A stretch of 64,000 nt of DNA from Malonomonas rubra (GCF_003247215.1 NZ_QKAP01000022.1:13679-77678), one strand, 5' to 3'; positions 44,149 to 52,929 are shown, counted from the stretch's first letter. The notes: generated by a model not told the origin, from the sequence alone. Translations and numbers: made by a program.

Positions 44149-44525
44149 TGCTCACCTTCCTGCTGCTTATAGTAGGTATATTTGTGCGCCTTGCCGCGCA
44201 CCTGCTCTTTCGGATACTTGCGCGCGTTTTTTTCCAGCTTGTTCAGCACTGTTTCGGCCAACTCAAGTTGCAGGCAATTGGCCAGCGACAAAGAATAAAG
44301 AACGATATCCGCCAGTTCTTCACCGACTTCCTGCAAAGCGTCCCGATCAAGCTGCTGCGACTGCTGCTCAGTCAGCCATTGAAAATGCTCCATCAACTCT
44401 GCCGCTTCAATGGAGATCGCCATCGACAGGTTCTTCGGGTTGTGAAACTGCTGCCAATCCCGTTCACAAACGAAGTTGGCCATCCGTTCTTTCAATTCAT
44501 GCAGGGTGATCTGCTGATCGGTCAT
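44145..44525 (-). CDS. MazG-like all-alpha nucleotide pyrophosphohydrolase (DCTPP1/RS21-C6-like)
   Basis: 126 aa with ERDWQQFHNPKNL, EAAELME (ExxExxE) and EELADIVLY metal-binding motifs. Confidence 0.85.
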   Translation of the reverse strand: MTDQQITLHELKERMANFVCERDWQQFHNPKNLSMAISIEAAELMEHFQWLTEQQSQQLDRDALQEVGEELADIVLYSLSLANCLQLELAETVLNKLEKNARKYPKEQVRGKAHKYTYYKQQEGEQ

Positions 44526-44598
44526 AACAACTCCACGGAAAAGAATTGCCGATCAGTATAGGGGGTTGAACGGGAAAAAAAAACCGGTAGGTGACCAG

Positions 44599-45279
44599 TT
44601 ATTCAGAAAAATATTTGCGCTCCGGACGCCCCACAGCTCCGTAAATCAACTCTGCCCGCAATTGCCCGGCAGCGGTCAGGTATTCCAGGTAGCGTCGCGC
44701 GGTGGTCCGACTGGCGCCAATCTGTTGGCCTACTTCTTCGGCGCTAAAGCCTTCCGGATGCGGCTGTTTGAAAACGGTGCGGATCTTTTTCAGGGTCAGC
44801 GGATCGATCCCTTTCGGGTATTGCGGCTCGCCGGGACTACTGTCTTTGTGAAGATGCAGCAGCCGATCGACGTCCTGTTGATTGAGAGTGGTTTCCGACT
44901 GCAGTTGCTGACGGTGGCTGCGGAACCGCTCCAGTGCTTCCTGGAAGCGGGGGAACATGACCGGTTTGATAATGTAATCGAAAACGCCACCGCGCATCGC
45001 TTCCTGCAACGGTTCCAGTTCCTTGGCCGCAGTGATCAGGATAATATCGGTCGCCTGCCGCCGGGCACGTACTTTCCAGAGCACCTCAGTGCCCAAGCCT
45101 TCCGGGAAATAGAGATCAAGCAGGATCAGGTCCGGCTCGAGCAGTTCGGTCATCTTTTCGGCGTCTTCCAGTGTGCCAGCGATACCGCAGACAGTAAAAC
45201 CGTCGATTTTTTCGGTGAAGTGACGGTGAATCTCGGCAATCTTCGGGTCGTCATCGACTATCAGTACGCTGAACACCAT
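44599..45279 (-). CDS. response regulator, CitB/DcuR family
   Basis: MVFSVLIVDDDPKIAEIH...LLDLYFPEG is the receiver domain. C-terminal HTH ASRTTARRYLEYL. ATG 45279 lies just downstream of the kinase stop; the track's 45345 start overlaps the kinase. Confidence 0.85.
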   Translation of the reverse strand: MVFSVLIVDDDPKIAEIHRHFTEKIDGFTVCGIAGTLEDAEKMTELLEPDLILLDLYFPEGLGTEVLWKVRARRQATDIILITAAKELEPLQEAMRGGVFDYIIKPVMFPRFQEALERFRSHRQQLQSETTLNQQDVDRLLHLHKDSSPGEPQYPKGIDPLTLKKIRTVFKQPHPEGFSAEEVGQQIGASRTTARRYLEYLTAAGQLRAELIYGAVGRPERKYFSE

Positions 45280-45280
45280 C

Positions 45281-46903
45281 TCAACCGTTCTTACGCTTGG
45301 GGATAAAGGCAGTGAACAGGGCACCGCCCAGCTCACTATCACCAAGAGTAATCTCTCCTCCGAAATCCTGCAAGGCTGTCATGACCAAGTACAAACCGTG
45401 ACCGCGGTCCTGCTGTTTGGTTGTGAAACCGCGATCGAAGATCTTTTTAACCAGTTCTGGCGGAATTCCCGCTCCAGAGTCGCCGACTTCAAATACCAGA
45501 TCGTTACCACTATCGGTCATTGACAATGTCACCCGGGGCGGGTTTTTCCCATGCAGTGCGGCGTCAAAAGCGTTGTCGATCAGGTTGCCGAGAATGGTCA
45601 CCAGCTTCTCCCGACTCAACTCATCCGGCACGGTAGTCAACTGGCTTTCCGGGTCGATGATGAAATTGATATGCAGTTCCTGAGCGTGGTTGTATTTGCC
45701 AATAAGGAATGCAGCCAGCACCGGAAAGGGTACCGCCTTGGCGAGGAAAGCGATCAGCCCCTGGTAGCCAGCGGTCTCTTTGCCGATCAGATCTAGAGCC
45801 TCCTTTTCGTGGCCGATCTGGATCAGTCCGGCGATGGTGTGCAATTTATTAGAGTATTCGTGGGTCTGGGCACGCAGCATCTCTGAATATTCTTTGACCT
45901 GCGACAGCTGCTTGGCAATGATATCGAGCTCATCCTTACGCCTGAAGCTGGCCACCGCCCCGACGATTTTTCCATTCTCAATCATCGGTACAGTGTTGAG
46001 GATCATCATGGTTCCAGAAACTTCAAACTCGTTATCGAAGCGTTGTGCGCCGCCGTCAAGGACTTTCCTTAAATGGGCTCCTGGTAACACCTCGCGGATA
46101 TGTTTACCAAGCAACTCATCCTCGGTTTTGCAGCCGACACTTTCAATCGCTACACGGTTGGCGACGGTGACACAAGCGTCCCGGTCAATAGCTACAATTC
46201 CTTCGCGGATCGATTCGATGATCGTCGCTCGCTCGTTAAACAGCCAGGCGATCTGTTCCGGTTCCAGGCCGAAGATCTGCTGCTTGACGTGATTGGAGAT
46301 ATGCACCGCACCGAAGACGCCGATCAGCATCAAAATGCCGACCAGTACCCCAACCTTCAACTGTTGCTCTTGGACGATATGATGCACATCTTCCAGAAGG
46401 TAGCCGACCGAAACTACGCCGATGATGCCGTCATCTTTAGAAATGATCGGTGCCTTGCCACGGATCGAGGGGCCAAGCGTGCCAACTGCGCGGGAGACGT
46501 AGGACTCGCCCCTTTCCAGAGCTGGCGCGTTGTCTCCACCGACCATTTTTTGGCCAATCCGGTCCGGATTCGGGTGGGAGAAACGGACTCCTTCGATATT
46601 ACCGATAACGATGAATTCGGCACCGGTCTGCTGCCGGATCTCTTCCGCCAGCCGCTGCAATTCCCCTTCGGGGTGGAGTTTGATAATCTGCCTTCGAACC
46701 AGCGGTATTTTGGCAACTGTTTGCGCAACCTGCAGCGCCTGTTTACCGATTTTCTCTTCCAGGATTTCGCCGATCATTGCAGTGTACATGGCACCCGCCA
46801 CCAGAGTGAGTGACAGCACCAGCAGGCAGACCAGCAGAATCATCCTGGTTTTCAGGCTGCTGTGGATAATGTGGGGTTTCCTGCGGATCGCTGCAAAAGG
46901 CAT
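45281..46903 (-). CDS. sensor histidine kinase, CitA/DcuS family
   Basis: ATG 46903 is preceded by GGGAGAGG. Two TM segments flank a periplasmic PAS/Cache domain, followed by a cytoplasmic PAS. H-box THEYSNKLHTIAGL. G-box DSGAGIP. Confidence 0.85.
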   Translation of the reverse strand: MPFAAIRRKPHIIHSSLKTRMILLVCLLVLSLTLVAGAMYTAMIGEILEEKIGKQALQVAQTVAKIPLVRRQIIKLHPEGELQRLAEEIRQQTGAEFIVIGNIEGVRFSHPNPDRIGQKMVGGDNAPALERGESYVSRAVGTLGPSIRGKAPIISKDDGIIGVVSVGYLLEDVHHIVQEQQLKVGVLVGILMLIGVFGAVHISNHVKQQIFGLEPEQIAWLFNERATIIESIREGIVAIDRDACVTVANRVAIESVGCKTEDELLGKHIREVLPGAHLRKVLDGGAQRFDNEFEVSGTMMILNTVPMIENGKIVGAVASFRRKDELDIIAKQLSQVKEYSEMLRAQTHEYSNKLHTIAGLIQIGHEKEALDLIGKETAGYQGLIAFLAKAVPFPVLAAFLIGKYNHAQELHINFIIDPESQLTTVPDELSREKLVTILGNLIDNAFDAALHGKNPPRVTLSMTDSGNDLVFEVGDSGAGIPPELVKKIFDRGFTTKQQDRGHGLYLVMTALQDFGGEITLGDSELGGALFTAFIPKRKNG

Positions 46904-47321
46904 GGTCCTCTCCCGATTATACTTTTTTATCCACAAGCATAACCTGTTACCGGCCTGAACAGTATGAACAAAAAGCTCAGAATGGAAGAAATATTCGGTC
47001 AGATATTCCAGATTGCGATGTGCAATCAGAACCAATCTTCTCTCCCCCCATTGGCCGTTTGCATTACTCCAAGTTCGACAGATACTGTCGTGAACTTTAT
47101 GGACAAATTGTAGTTTATGGCATAAATGCAACTTATTTCCGTATGGTTTACACATCCCCATTCCATGAATAAAATCCCGTTATAAAGTGAGCGATAGTGC
47201 TTGCAACAGTTTGAACAGCGATGGTGCGGCGGCTTTGAAAACAACCCGTTCAGCTTCCAGTGTCTGGTTAGCGAACGGAACAGCACTTCATCCATCAACA
47301 ACGGAGTCTATGGAGGCAAGA

Positions 47322-48299
47322 ATGAAAAAAATTTACGCATTACTGGCATCTCTTTTCCTGCTGGCCACCCTGGCCGGCCAGACCCTGGCCTTCGAGCCCG
47401 AGAACCCTGAGTGTATCGCACCCGCTGGCCCGGGTGGTGGCTGGGACTTTATCTGTCGTACCACGGCCAAGAATCTATTTGAGCTGGGGTTGATCAAGCA
47501 CGCCATGCAAGTCACCAACATGTCCGGTGGCGGCGGCGGCGTGGCGTTCGCCCACGTCACCCAGGAGCGCAACACCGCCAACGATCTGATCGTTGCAGCC
47601 TCGACCAGCACCACTGCGCGCCTGGCACAAGGCATCTTCAAGGGTGCCAGCGCCGATTCGGTCTACTGGCTGGCGACCTTCGGCGCCGAGTACGGCGTGC
47701 TTGCCGTCAAAAAAGACTCCCCCTACAAAAATCTCAAGGAACTGATGGATGCGGTCCTCGCCGACCCACGTTCGGTCGCTTTCGCCGGTGGTTCGTCGGT
47801 GGGTGGTTTCGACCACATCAAGCCGATGATCGTCGCCCGGAAAGCAGGCCTGAAGGATGTGCGCCAGCTCAAGTACGTTGCCTATGCGGGTGGCGGCGAG
47901 GCGATGACCGGGCTGCTTTCCGGCGCTGTCCAGGTAATGTCCGGCGACTTCTCTGAGCTCCGTGGTTTCTACGAGTCGGGCGATTGCCGGATTCTCGCGA
48001 TCCTGGCACCCGAACGTCTGAAGGGCTTCCCCGATATCCCGACCGCCAGGGAGCAGGGATATGACGCCATCGGCGCCAACTGGCGCGGGCTCTACATGCC
48101 GGCCGGCGCTTCCGATGAAGCCAAGGCGTTCTGGGCGGATGCGATCAAGAAGATGACCGAGTCCGAGGCGTTCCAGAAGGACCTGGAAGCCAAGGCGATC
48201 GAACCCTTCAACAACTTTGGCGCGGACGCTGAAAAGTTCGCCAAAAGTGACATCAAGGAAATCGCCGACCTCTCCAGGGAAATCGGTATCCTCAAATAA
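47322..48299 (+). CDS. tctC: tripartite tricarboxylate transporter substrate-binding protein (TctC/Bug family)
   Basis: ATG 47322 follows GGAGG and gives the signal peptide MKKIYALLASLFLLATLAGQTLA. The upstream part of the track ORF is unlikely to be coding. Confidence 0.85.
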   Translation: MKKIYALLASLFLLATLAGQTLAFEPENPECIAPAGPGGGWDFICRTTAKNLFELGLIKHAMQVTNMSGGGGGVAFAHVTQERNTANDLIVAASTSTTARLAQGIFKGASADSVYWLATFGAEYGVLAVKKDSPYKNLKELMDAVLADPRSVAFAGGSSVGGFDHIKPMIVARKAGLKDVRQLKYVAYAGGGEAMTGLLSGAVQVMSGDFSELRGFYESGDCRILAILAPERLKGFPDIPTAREQGYDAIGANWRGLYMPAGASDEAKAFWADAIKKMTESEAFQKDLEAKAIEPFNNFGADAEKFAKSDIKEIADLSREIGILK

Positions 48300-48308
48300 T
48301 CACAGCAT

Positions 48309-48339
48309 CGAGGCTGCCCCAACTCTTGGGACAGCCTCG
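48309..48339 (+). other. intercistronic hairpin between tctC and tctB (mRNA stabiliser or partial terminator)
   Basis: Stem CGAGGCTG/CAGCCTCG of 8 bp, followed by CAAATTTTT. Confidence 0.5.
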
Positions 48340-48374
48340 CAAATTTTTAAATTGTTTGAAGAAAGAGAAATCTT

Positions 48375-48806
48375 ATGAGCGACCGGATATTCGGTTTTTT
48401 CGGGTTGGCGCTGTCGGCATTTTACTTCTGGGCGACCTCCATCATCCCCGACAGTTTCATGATCGATGTCGTCGGTCCGCGGGCCTTCCCGTATATCGTC
48501 GGGACCGTTCTTGCGATTTGTGCGTTGTACATCCTGTTGCGACCCGACGCCGAGCCGGACTGGCCGAACCTGATGAACTTCATCGAGATTGTATTCGCTA
48601 CGGCGGTGATGTTTCTTTATGCCTGGACGTTATCCAAGGTAGGCTTCGTGATCGCGACCGTTTTCGCCACTTCTTATCTGACTTGGCGATTGGGGAGCAA
48701 ACCGCTCGGCTCTCTGATCACCGGTATCGCGACCTCCGCGGGTATCTACGTGGTCTTTCACCTGATCCTCGGCCTGTCGCTGGCCAAGGGTCCACTCGGA
48801 TTTTAA
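48375..48806 (+). CDS. tctB: tripartite tricarboxylate transporter small membrane subunit
   Basis: 143-aa protein with 4 TM helices, located between tctC and tctA. Confidence 0.8.
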   Translation: MSDRIFGFFGLALSAFYFWATSIIPDSFMIDVVGPRAFPYIVGTVLAICALYILLRPDAEPDWPNLMNFIEIVFATAVMFLYAWTLSKVGFVIATVFATSYLTWRLGSKPLGSLITGIATSAGIYVVFHLILGLSLAKGPLGF

Positions 48807-48818
48807 GGGGGTAGGTCA

Positions 48819-50372
48819 ATGGAAATTTTCTCAAACCTGGCAGACGGTTTCGCCGTAGCATTGACTGCCCAACACCTGCTACTGGCTCTGCTGGGCTGTT
48901 TTCTCGGCACGCTGATGGGGGCATTACCGGGGCTCGGACCGGCCAACGGCGTGGCGATTCTCATTCCCATCGCGTTCACCCTGGGACTCGGGCCGGTTGC
49001 ATCGCTAATCCTGCTGACCAGCGTCTACTACGGCGCCATGTATGGCGGGCGGATCAGCTCGATCCTGCTGAACATTCCCGGTGACGAACCGGCGATGATG
49101 ACCTGTCTGGACGGGCATCCGATGGCCCTGCATGGGAAAGCTGGCGAGGCGCTGGCGATCTCCGGTATCGCCTCGTTCATCGGTTCCTTTTTCGCCACTT
49201 GGGGTCTGGTGCTGATCGCGCCGCAGCTGGTCAAGGTTGCTCTTCTGTTCGGCCCGGCGGAGTATTTTGCCCTGTTCACCATGGCGTTCGCAACCTTGGG
49301 CGGCGTAACCGCCAGCAACCAAGCGAAGTCGGCCTTCGCCGCCGCGCTGGGGCTCGGCATCGCGATGATCGGAAGTGATTCGCAGACCGGCTCGGAACGC
49401 TTCACCTTCGGCCATATTCACCTGTACGACGGGATCGATTTCCTGATCGCCATTGTCGGCCTGTTCGCTATTAGCGAAGTATTGATCTTCATCGAACATC
49501 ACCAGGGCGGTGCCGCAGCCAAATCGAGTGCGAAGATCGGCAAACTGATCCCTGACTTTTGTATATTCAAGCGTTCAATTGGCACACTGGTTCGCTCGAC
49601 CATCATTGGTTTCCTCTCTGGGGTTTTGCCGGGAGCGGGTGCATCCCTGGGGTCTTTCCTTTCCTACTCGGTGGAGAAGAACACCCTCGATCGTGAAAAC
49701 AAAACCTTCGGCAAGGGGGATCCACGTGGTGTCATCGCGCCTGAATGTGGCAATAATGCGGCCGCCGGTGGAGCGCTGGTGCCGATGCTCTCCCTCGGCG
49801 TGCCGGGCTCCGGAACCACAGCGGTTCTCCTTGCGGTGTTACTGCAACTCAACATCACTCCAGGACCGTTGCTATTTCGGAATAACCCTGACATCGTCTG
49901 GGGTCTGATCGCGGCGCTCTTTATCGCCAACTTCATGCTGCTAGCGCTGAACCTGCCAATGGTCGGTCTGTTTACCCGGGTCTTGCTGATTCCGACACGA
50001 ATCCTGATGCCGGTGGTGGCTATGATTTCTTTTGTGGGTATCTACGGTCTCACCGGCTCGACCTTCGACGTCATGCTGATGGTCGGTTTTGGTTTCGGCG
50101 GCTGGTTGCTGCGCAAGCTTGGAGTACCGCTAGTGCCGGTGATCCTCGGCATCCTGCTTGGCAATGAGATGGAGGTCAATCTGCGGCGGGCCTTGCAGAT
50201 CTCGGACGGGGATTGGTCGATTATGGTCGGCAGTCCACTGGCCATTGGCATCTGGGCGATTGCGATTGCCGGCTTTGTCCTGCCGATTTTCTTCGGCAAG
50301 AAGGTGAAAAATCAGATGCACGCCGATCATTCGGAAGTCGAGATGGAAGAGGTTATCGAAGGCGGGGACTGA
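48819..50372 (+). CDS. tctA: tripartite tricarboxylate transporter large membrane subunit
   Basis: 517-aa polytopic protein with GALPGLGP and GVLPGAGASLGSFLSY motifs. Confidence 0.88.
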   Translation: MEIFSNLADGFAVALTAQHLLLALLGCFLGTLMGALPGLGPANGVAILIPIAFTLGLGPVASLILLTSVYYGAMYGGRISSILLNIPGDEPAMMTCLDGHPMALHGKAGEALAISGIASFIGSFFATWGLVLIAPQLVKVALLFGPAEYFALFTMAFATLGGVTASNQAKSAFAAALGLGIAMIGSDSQTGSERFTFGHIHLYDGIDFLIAIVGLFAISEVLIFIEHHQGGAAAKSSAKIGKLIPDFCIFKRSIGTLVRSTIIGFLSGVLPGAGASLGSFLSYSVEKNTLDRENKTFGKGDPRGVIAPECGNNAAAGGALVPMLSLGVPGSGTTAVLLAVLLQLNITPGPLLFRNNPDIVWGLIAALFIANFMLLALNLPMVGLFTRVLLIPTRILMPVVAMISFVGIYGLTGSTFDVMLMVGFGFGGWLLRKLGVPLVPVILGILLGNEMEVNLRRALQISDGDWSIMVGSPLAIGIWAIAIAGFVLPIFFGKKVKNQMHADHSEVEMEEVIEGGD

Positions 50373-50467
50373 TTTGAACAGTGGCAACTGATGTCGCCTT
50401 CGTCGGATCACTTAAAGCAGAAAGATGTGATTGCCGCAGGTTGAATAAATGGTGTAACTAAAGCAAA

Positions 50468-50497
50468 GGGAGGATCGTCGTGGTCCTCCCCTTTTTG
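50468..50497 (+). terminator. terminator after tctA
   Basis: Stem GGGAGGA/TCCTCCC followed by CTTTTTG. Confidence 0.7.
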
Positions 50498-50510
50498 TGC
50501 GTGGATTGTT

Positions 50511-51218
50511 ATGGAACTGCTGCTGATTACTATTTTCTCTTTTGTCAGCGCCTTGGTCACCTCGGTTTTCGGATTCGGAGCCGGGCTGGTGTTGACGCCA
50601 CTGCTCGGTATCATGATGCCGTTGACAGACGCCCTCGGCATTGCGTCACTGGTTTTTCTGTTCACCGCCGGCTCAAAAACCCTCTGGTACTACCGCGATA
50701 TCAACTGGCAGGTCTACCGACCGGCCTTCACACTCTCGCTTGTCGGTCTGCTGCTCGGCTTCGTTATTATCAGCTATATTGACGTTAACCTGCTTGAAAC
50801 CGGCTATGGCGTGTTGCTGATTTATTTCGCTGTCAACATGCTGCGCAACACCGATCAGACCAAAGCCCTGTTGCCGAAATCGAGTTACCCGGTTTTCGGC
50901 GGCGTACTTTCGGTACTGATGCACAGCGGCGGGGTATTCTTCTTTCGCTACGGCCAGTTTTTCGGTCTCGACCGCTTGCAGATGGTCGGCACCATCGCCG
51001 CTATTCATTTTTCGATGAACATCTTCAAGGCTGGCTTTTTTACCGGCAGCGGCATCGTCGATGTTCATTATCTGTACACGCTGACACCCGCCTACCTCGC
51101 CGCCATTATCGGTACCCGCATTGGCCGCAGCGTACTCAAACGCTACGTCAACGAACGCATGTTCAGCATCGGCGTGGCCTCTCTGTTACTGGTTCTGACA
51201 CTCAAATACCTGGTTTGA
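50511..51218 (+). CDS. TauE/SafE-family anion exporter
   Basis: 235 aa with about 7-8 TM helices and FGFGAGLVLTP near the N-terminus. Confidence 0.7.
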   Translation: MELLLITIFSFVSALVTSVFGFGAGLVLTPLLGIMMPLTDALGIASLVFLFTAGSKTLWYYRDINWQVYRPAFTLSLVGLLLGFVIISYIDVNLLETGYGVLLIYFAVNMLRNTDQTKALLPKSSYPVFGGVLSVLMHSGGVFFFRYGQFFGLDRLQMVGTIAAIHFSMNIFKAGFFTGSGIVDVHYLYTLTPAYLAAIIGTRIGRSVLKRYVNERMFSIGVASLLLVLTLKYLV

Positions 51219-51334
51219 GAAAATCACCTCAGCCTCCAACTATGGAACCAAAACAAAATAGCGCTTTTCTTGTCAGAGTAGCTGTGCTAGAACCTTGCGG
51301 TTTCAATAATAGCAACACCCAACAGAAGGAAATA

Positions 51335-51838
51335 ATGATGGCACAAGCAAAAAAAGGGGACCGGGTCACGATCAACTTTATCGGCAAACTGGAAGATGGC
51401 TCAATCATTGATTCGACCTACCCGTCCGCGGAAGAGGATTGTGATTGTGATGAGCATGCAGCGCATGATTGCAATGACAGTGACTGCTGTCAGGACTCCG
51501 GCCCGTTTGAACTGGTGATCGGCGAAGAGAGCTTTTACATTCTGATTGAGGAAGCACTGATCGGCATGCAGCCGGGCGAGAAGAAGACCGTTACCATCTC
51601 ACCAGATGATGCCTTCGGGGAGAACGATCCGGAAAACGTCTTCAGCGTTCCGCGCAACGAATTCCCAGATGAGATCGAGCCGGTGGTCGGCATGGGTCTG
51701 GAGGTGACCGGCGAGGATGACGATCTCTACATGGTGACGGTGGTTGAAGTGACCGACGAGCAAATCAGCCTCGACACCAACCACCCGCTGGCTGGCGAGA
51801 CACTGCACTACGAGTTCGAGTTGGTCGAAATTTGTTAA
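51335..51838 (+). CDS. FKBP-type peptidyl-prolyl isomerase, SlyD-like, with an internal Cys/His/Asp-rich insert
   Basis: ATG 51335 follows AAGGA. KKGDRVTINFIGKLEDGSIIDST...FELVIGEE...DTNHPLAGETLHYEFELVEI matches an FKBP plus IF-domain layout. The upstream part of the track ORF overlaps tauE and is unlikely to be coding. Confidence 0.8.
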   Translation: MMAQAKKGDRVTINFIGKLEDGSIIDSTYPSAEEDCDCDEHAAHDCNDSDCCQDSGPFELVIGEESFYILIEEALIGMQPGEKKTVTISPDDAFGENDPENVFSVPRNEFPDEIEPVVGMGLEVTGEDDDLYMVTVVEVTDEQISLDTNHPLAGETLHYEFELVEIC

Positions 51839-51850
51839 CTTCCGCAACAG

Positions 51851-51877
51851 AAAAGGAGGCTGTTTTAGCCTCCTTTT
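51851..51877. terminator. bidirectional terminator between the FKBP gene and the haem-binding-domain gene
   Basis: Stem AAAAGGAGGC/GCCTCCTTTT with a 7-nt loop. Confidence 0.8.
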
Positions 51878-51881
51878 CTGT

Positions 51882-52331
51882 TTACTTCTCCAGCTCTATT
51901 TTAGAGCCAAAGGTTTTTCTCAAGCCCGTCACCAATTCAGACGTTTCCCGATCGCTCAAATCCGCCTCAGGGTGAGGAAAAACGTAAAACCATGGCGGCA
52001 TTTCTCCTTCAATAACCACTTCCACTGCCTCATCTGCCTTGTTTTTTTTCTGCACTCCCCAAGCGGAGACATTGAAGTGCTCGCGACCACTATCAACATC
52101 ATGGGCAATTAGCCATGAAACAGGTGCATAATTGCTATACCAGGGCCACGTTGTTTCATGACTGTGGCAATCGCCACAAGCCCGGTAAAACAATTCTCTG
52201 GTTTGGGAACTATCCCAAGAGGGCTCGGAAATGACCAGCGGATTGTTGTGGTCTTTCCCGTAGGGAATCAGTTGGATCACGAATGGCAAAACAATGATCG
52301 CGACAGCTGCTATGAGTATCCTGCTTTTCAC
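51882..52331 (-). CDS. membrane-anchored haem-binding-domain protein (CxxCH)
   Basis: 149 aa with an N-terminal TM helix and CGDCHSHETTWPWYSNYAPVSWLIAHDV. Confidence 0.7.
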   Translation of the reverse strand: MKSRILIAAVAIIVLPFVIQLIPYGKDHNNPLVISEPSWDSSQTRELFYRACGDCHSHETTWPWYSNYAPVSWLIAHDVDSGREHFNVSAWGVQKKNKADEAVEVVIEGEMPPWFYVFPHPEADLSDRETSELVTGLRKTFGSKIELEK

Positions 52332-52389
52332 AATCTCTCAACCTTTCTGCGCAGCTTTTTAGCCGCAAAACTCAACATAAATCAGTTTC

Positions 52390-52929
52390 TTAATCAACCG
52401 TGCTCAACGACTCCATAATCCGGGTAGTCATGTTTTGGTAACTGATAATCCCAACCATGCCGAGGATATCCTCATCGCTGAATCCCGCCTTGCGCAACAC
52501 TTCCAGATCCCGCGAGCTACAGGTATCGGGAGAACGGGTCACCTTGGCCGCGAAATCGGCGATCAGGCGTTCCCGTTCCGTCAGTTCTGCTTTGGTATAG
52601 TCTTCAGCCACCTGTGCTGCCAACTGTTCATCCTTTGCCGCTCGACCGAGGGCCACCCGATGGGTCGCCGTTCAATGCACACAGCCGATCACGGCCGAGG
52701 TGACCAGCGCGGCGACCTCCTTCTCGCGCAGACTCAGGCTGCCGACATCACGATAGACCGACACGCCCAAGTAGTGCAAGTGTTCAGACAGCTCCGGAGC
52801 CAGACTGGTCAACTGTGTCAGGTCGGACAGCTTACCAGTGAGAGGCTTGCGCGTCTTTTTATAAAGTCTCTGCACCTTCTCTTGTGGTGAGTCCTCAGGT
52901 TCGATTCGGATCCAGGGGGTCCAAGTCAT
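52390..52929 (-). CDS. AhpD/carboxymuconolactone-decarboxylase-family peroxidase-related protein with in-frame UGA (probable selenocysteine, CxxU)
   Basis: Track ORFs 52672-52971 and 52390-52656 are in the same frame, separated only by TGA at 52672-52674. The read-through product is ...LVTSAVIGCVH-U-TATHRVALGR..., i.e. the family motif CxxCxxxH with U at the second Cys. ATG 52929 follows GGAGGAG. Confidence 0.75.
52637..52671 (-). other. candidate SECIS stem-loop immediately 3' of the UGA
   Basis: The mRNA reads UGA ACGGCGACCCAUCGGGUGGCCCUCGGUCGAGCGGC. Possible stems are CGACC/GGUCG, or GCCCUC-GGUC-GAG(C)GGC with a GGUC apical loop. Folded by eye only. Confidence 0.4.

Noticed and set aside
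46904-47321. Track-suggested long N-terminal extensions of the CitA-like kinase (to 47161) and of tctC (from 47187), plus the 91-aa ORF at 47026-47301.
   Set aside because: The extensions overlap each other in an AT-rich divergent promoter region and lack protein-like sequence. Internal ATGs with good Shine-Dalgarno sequences (46903, 47322) give canonical N-termini, namely a TM anchor and a signal peptide.
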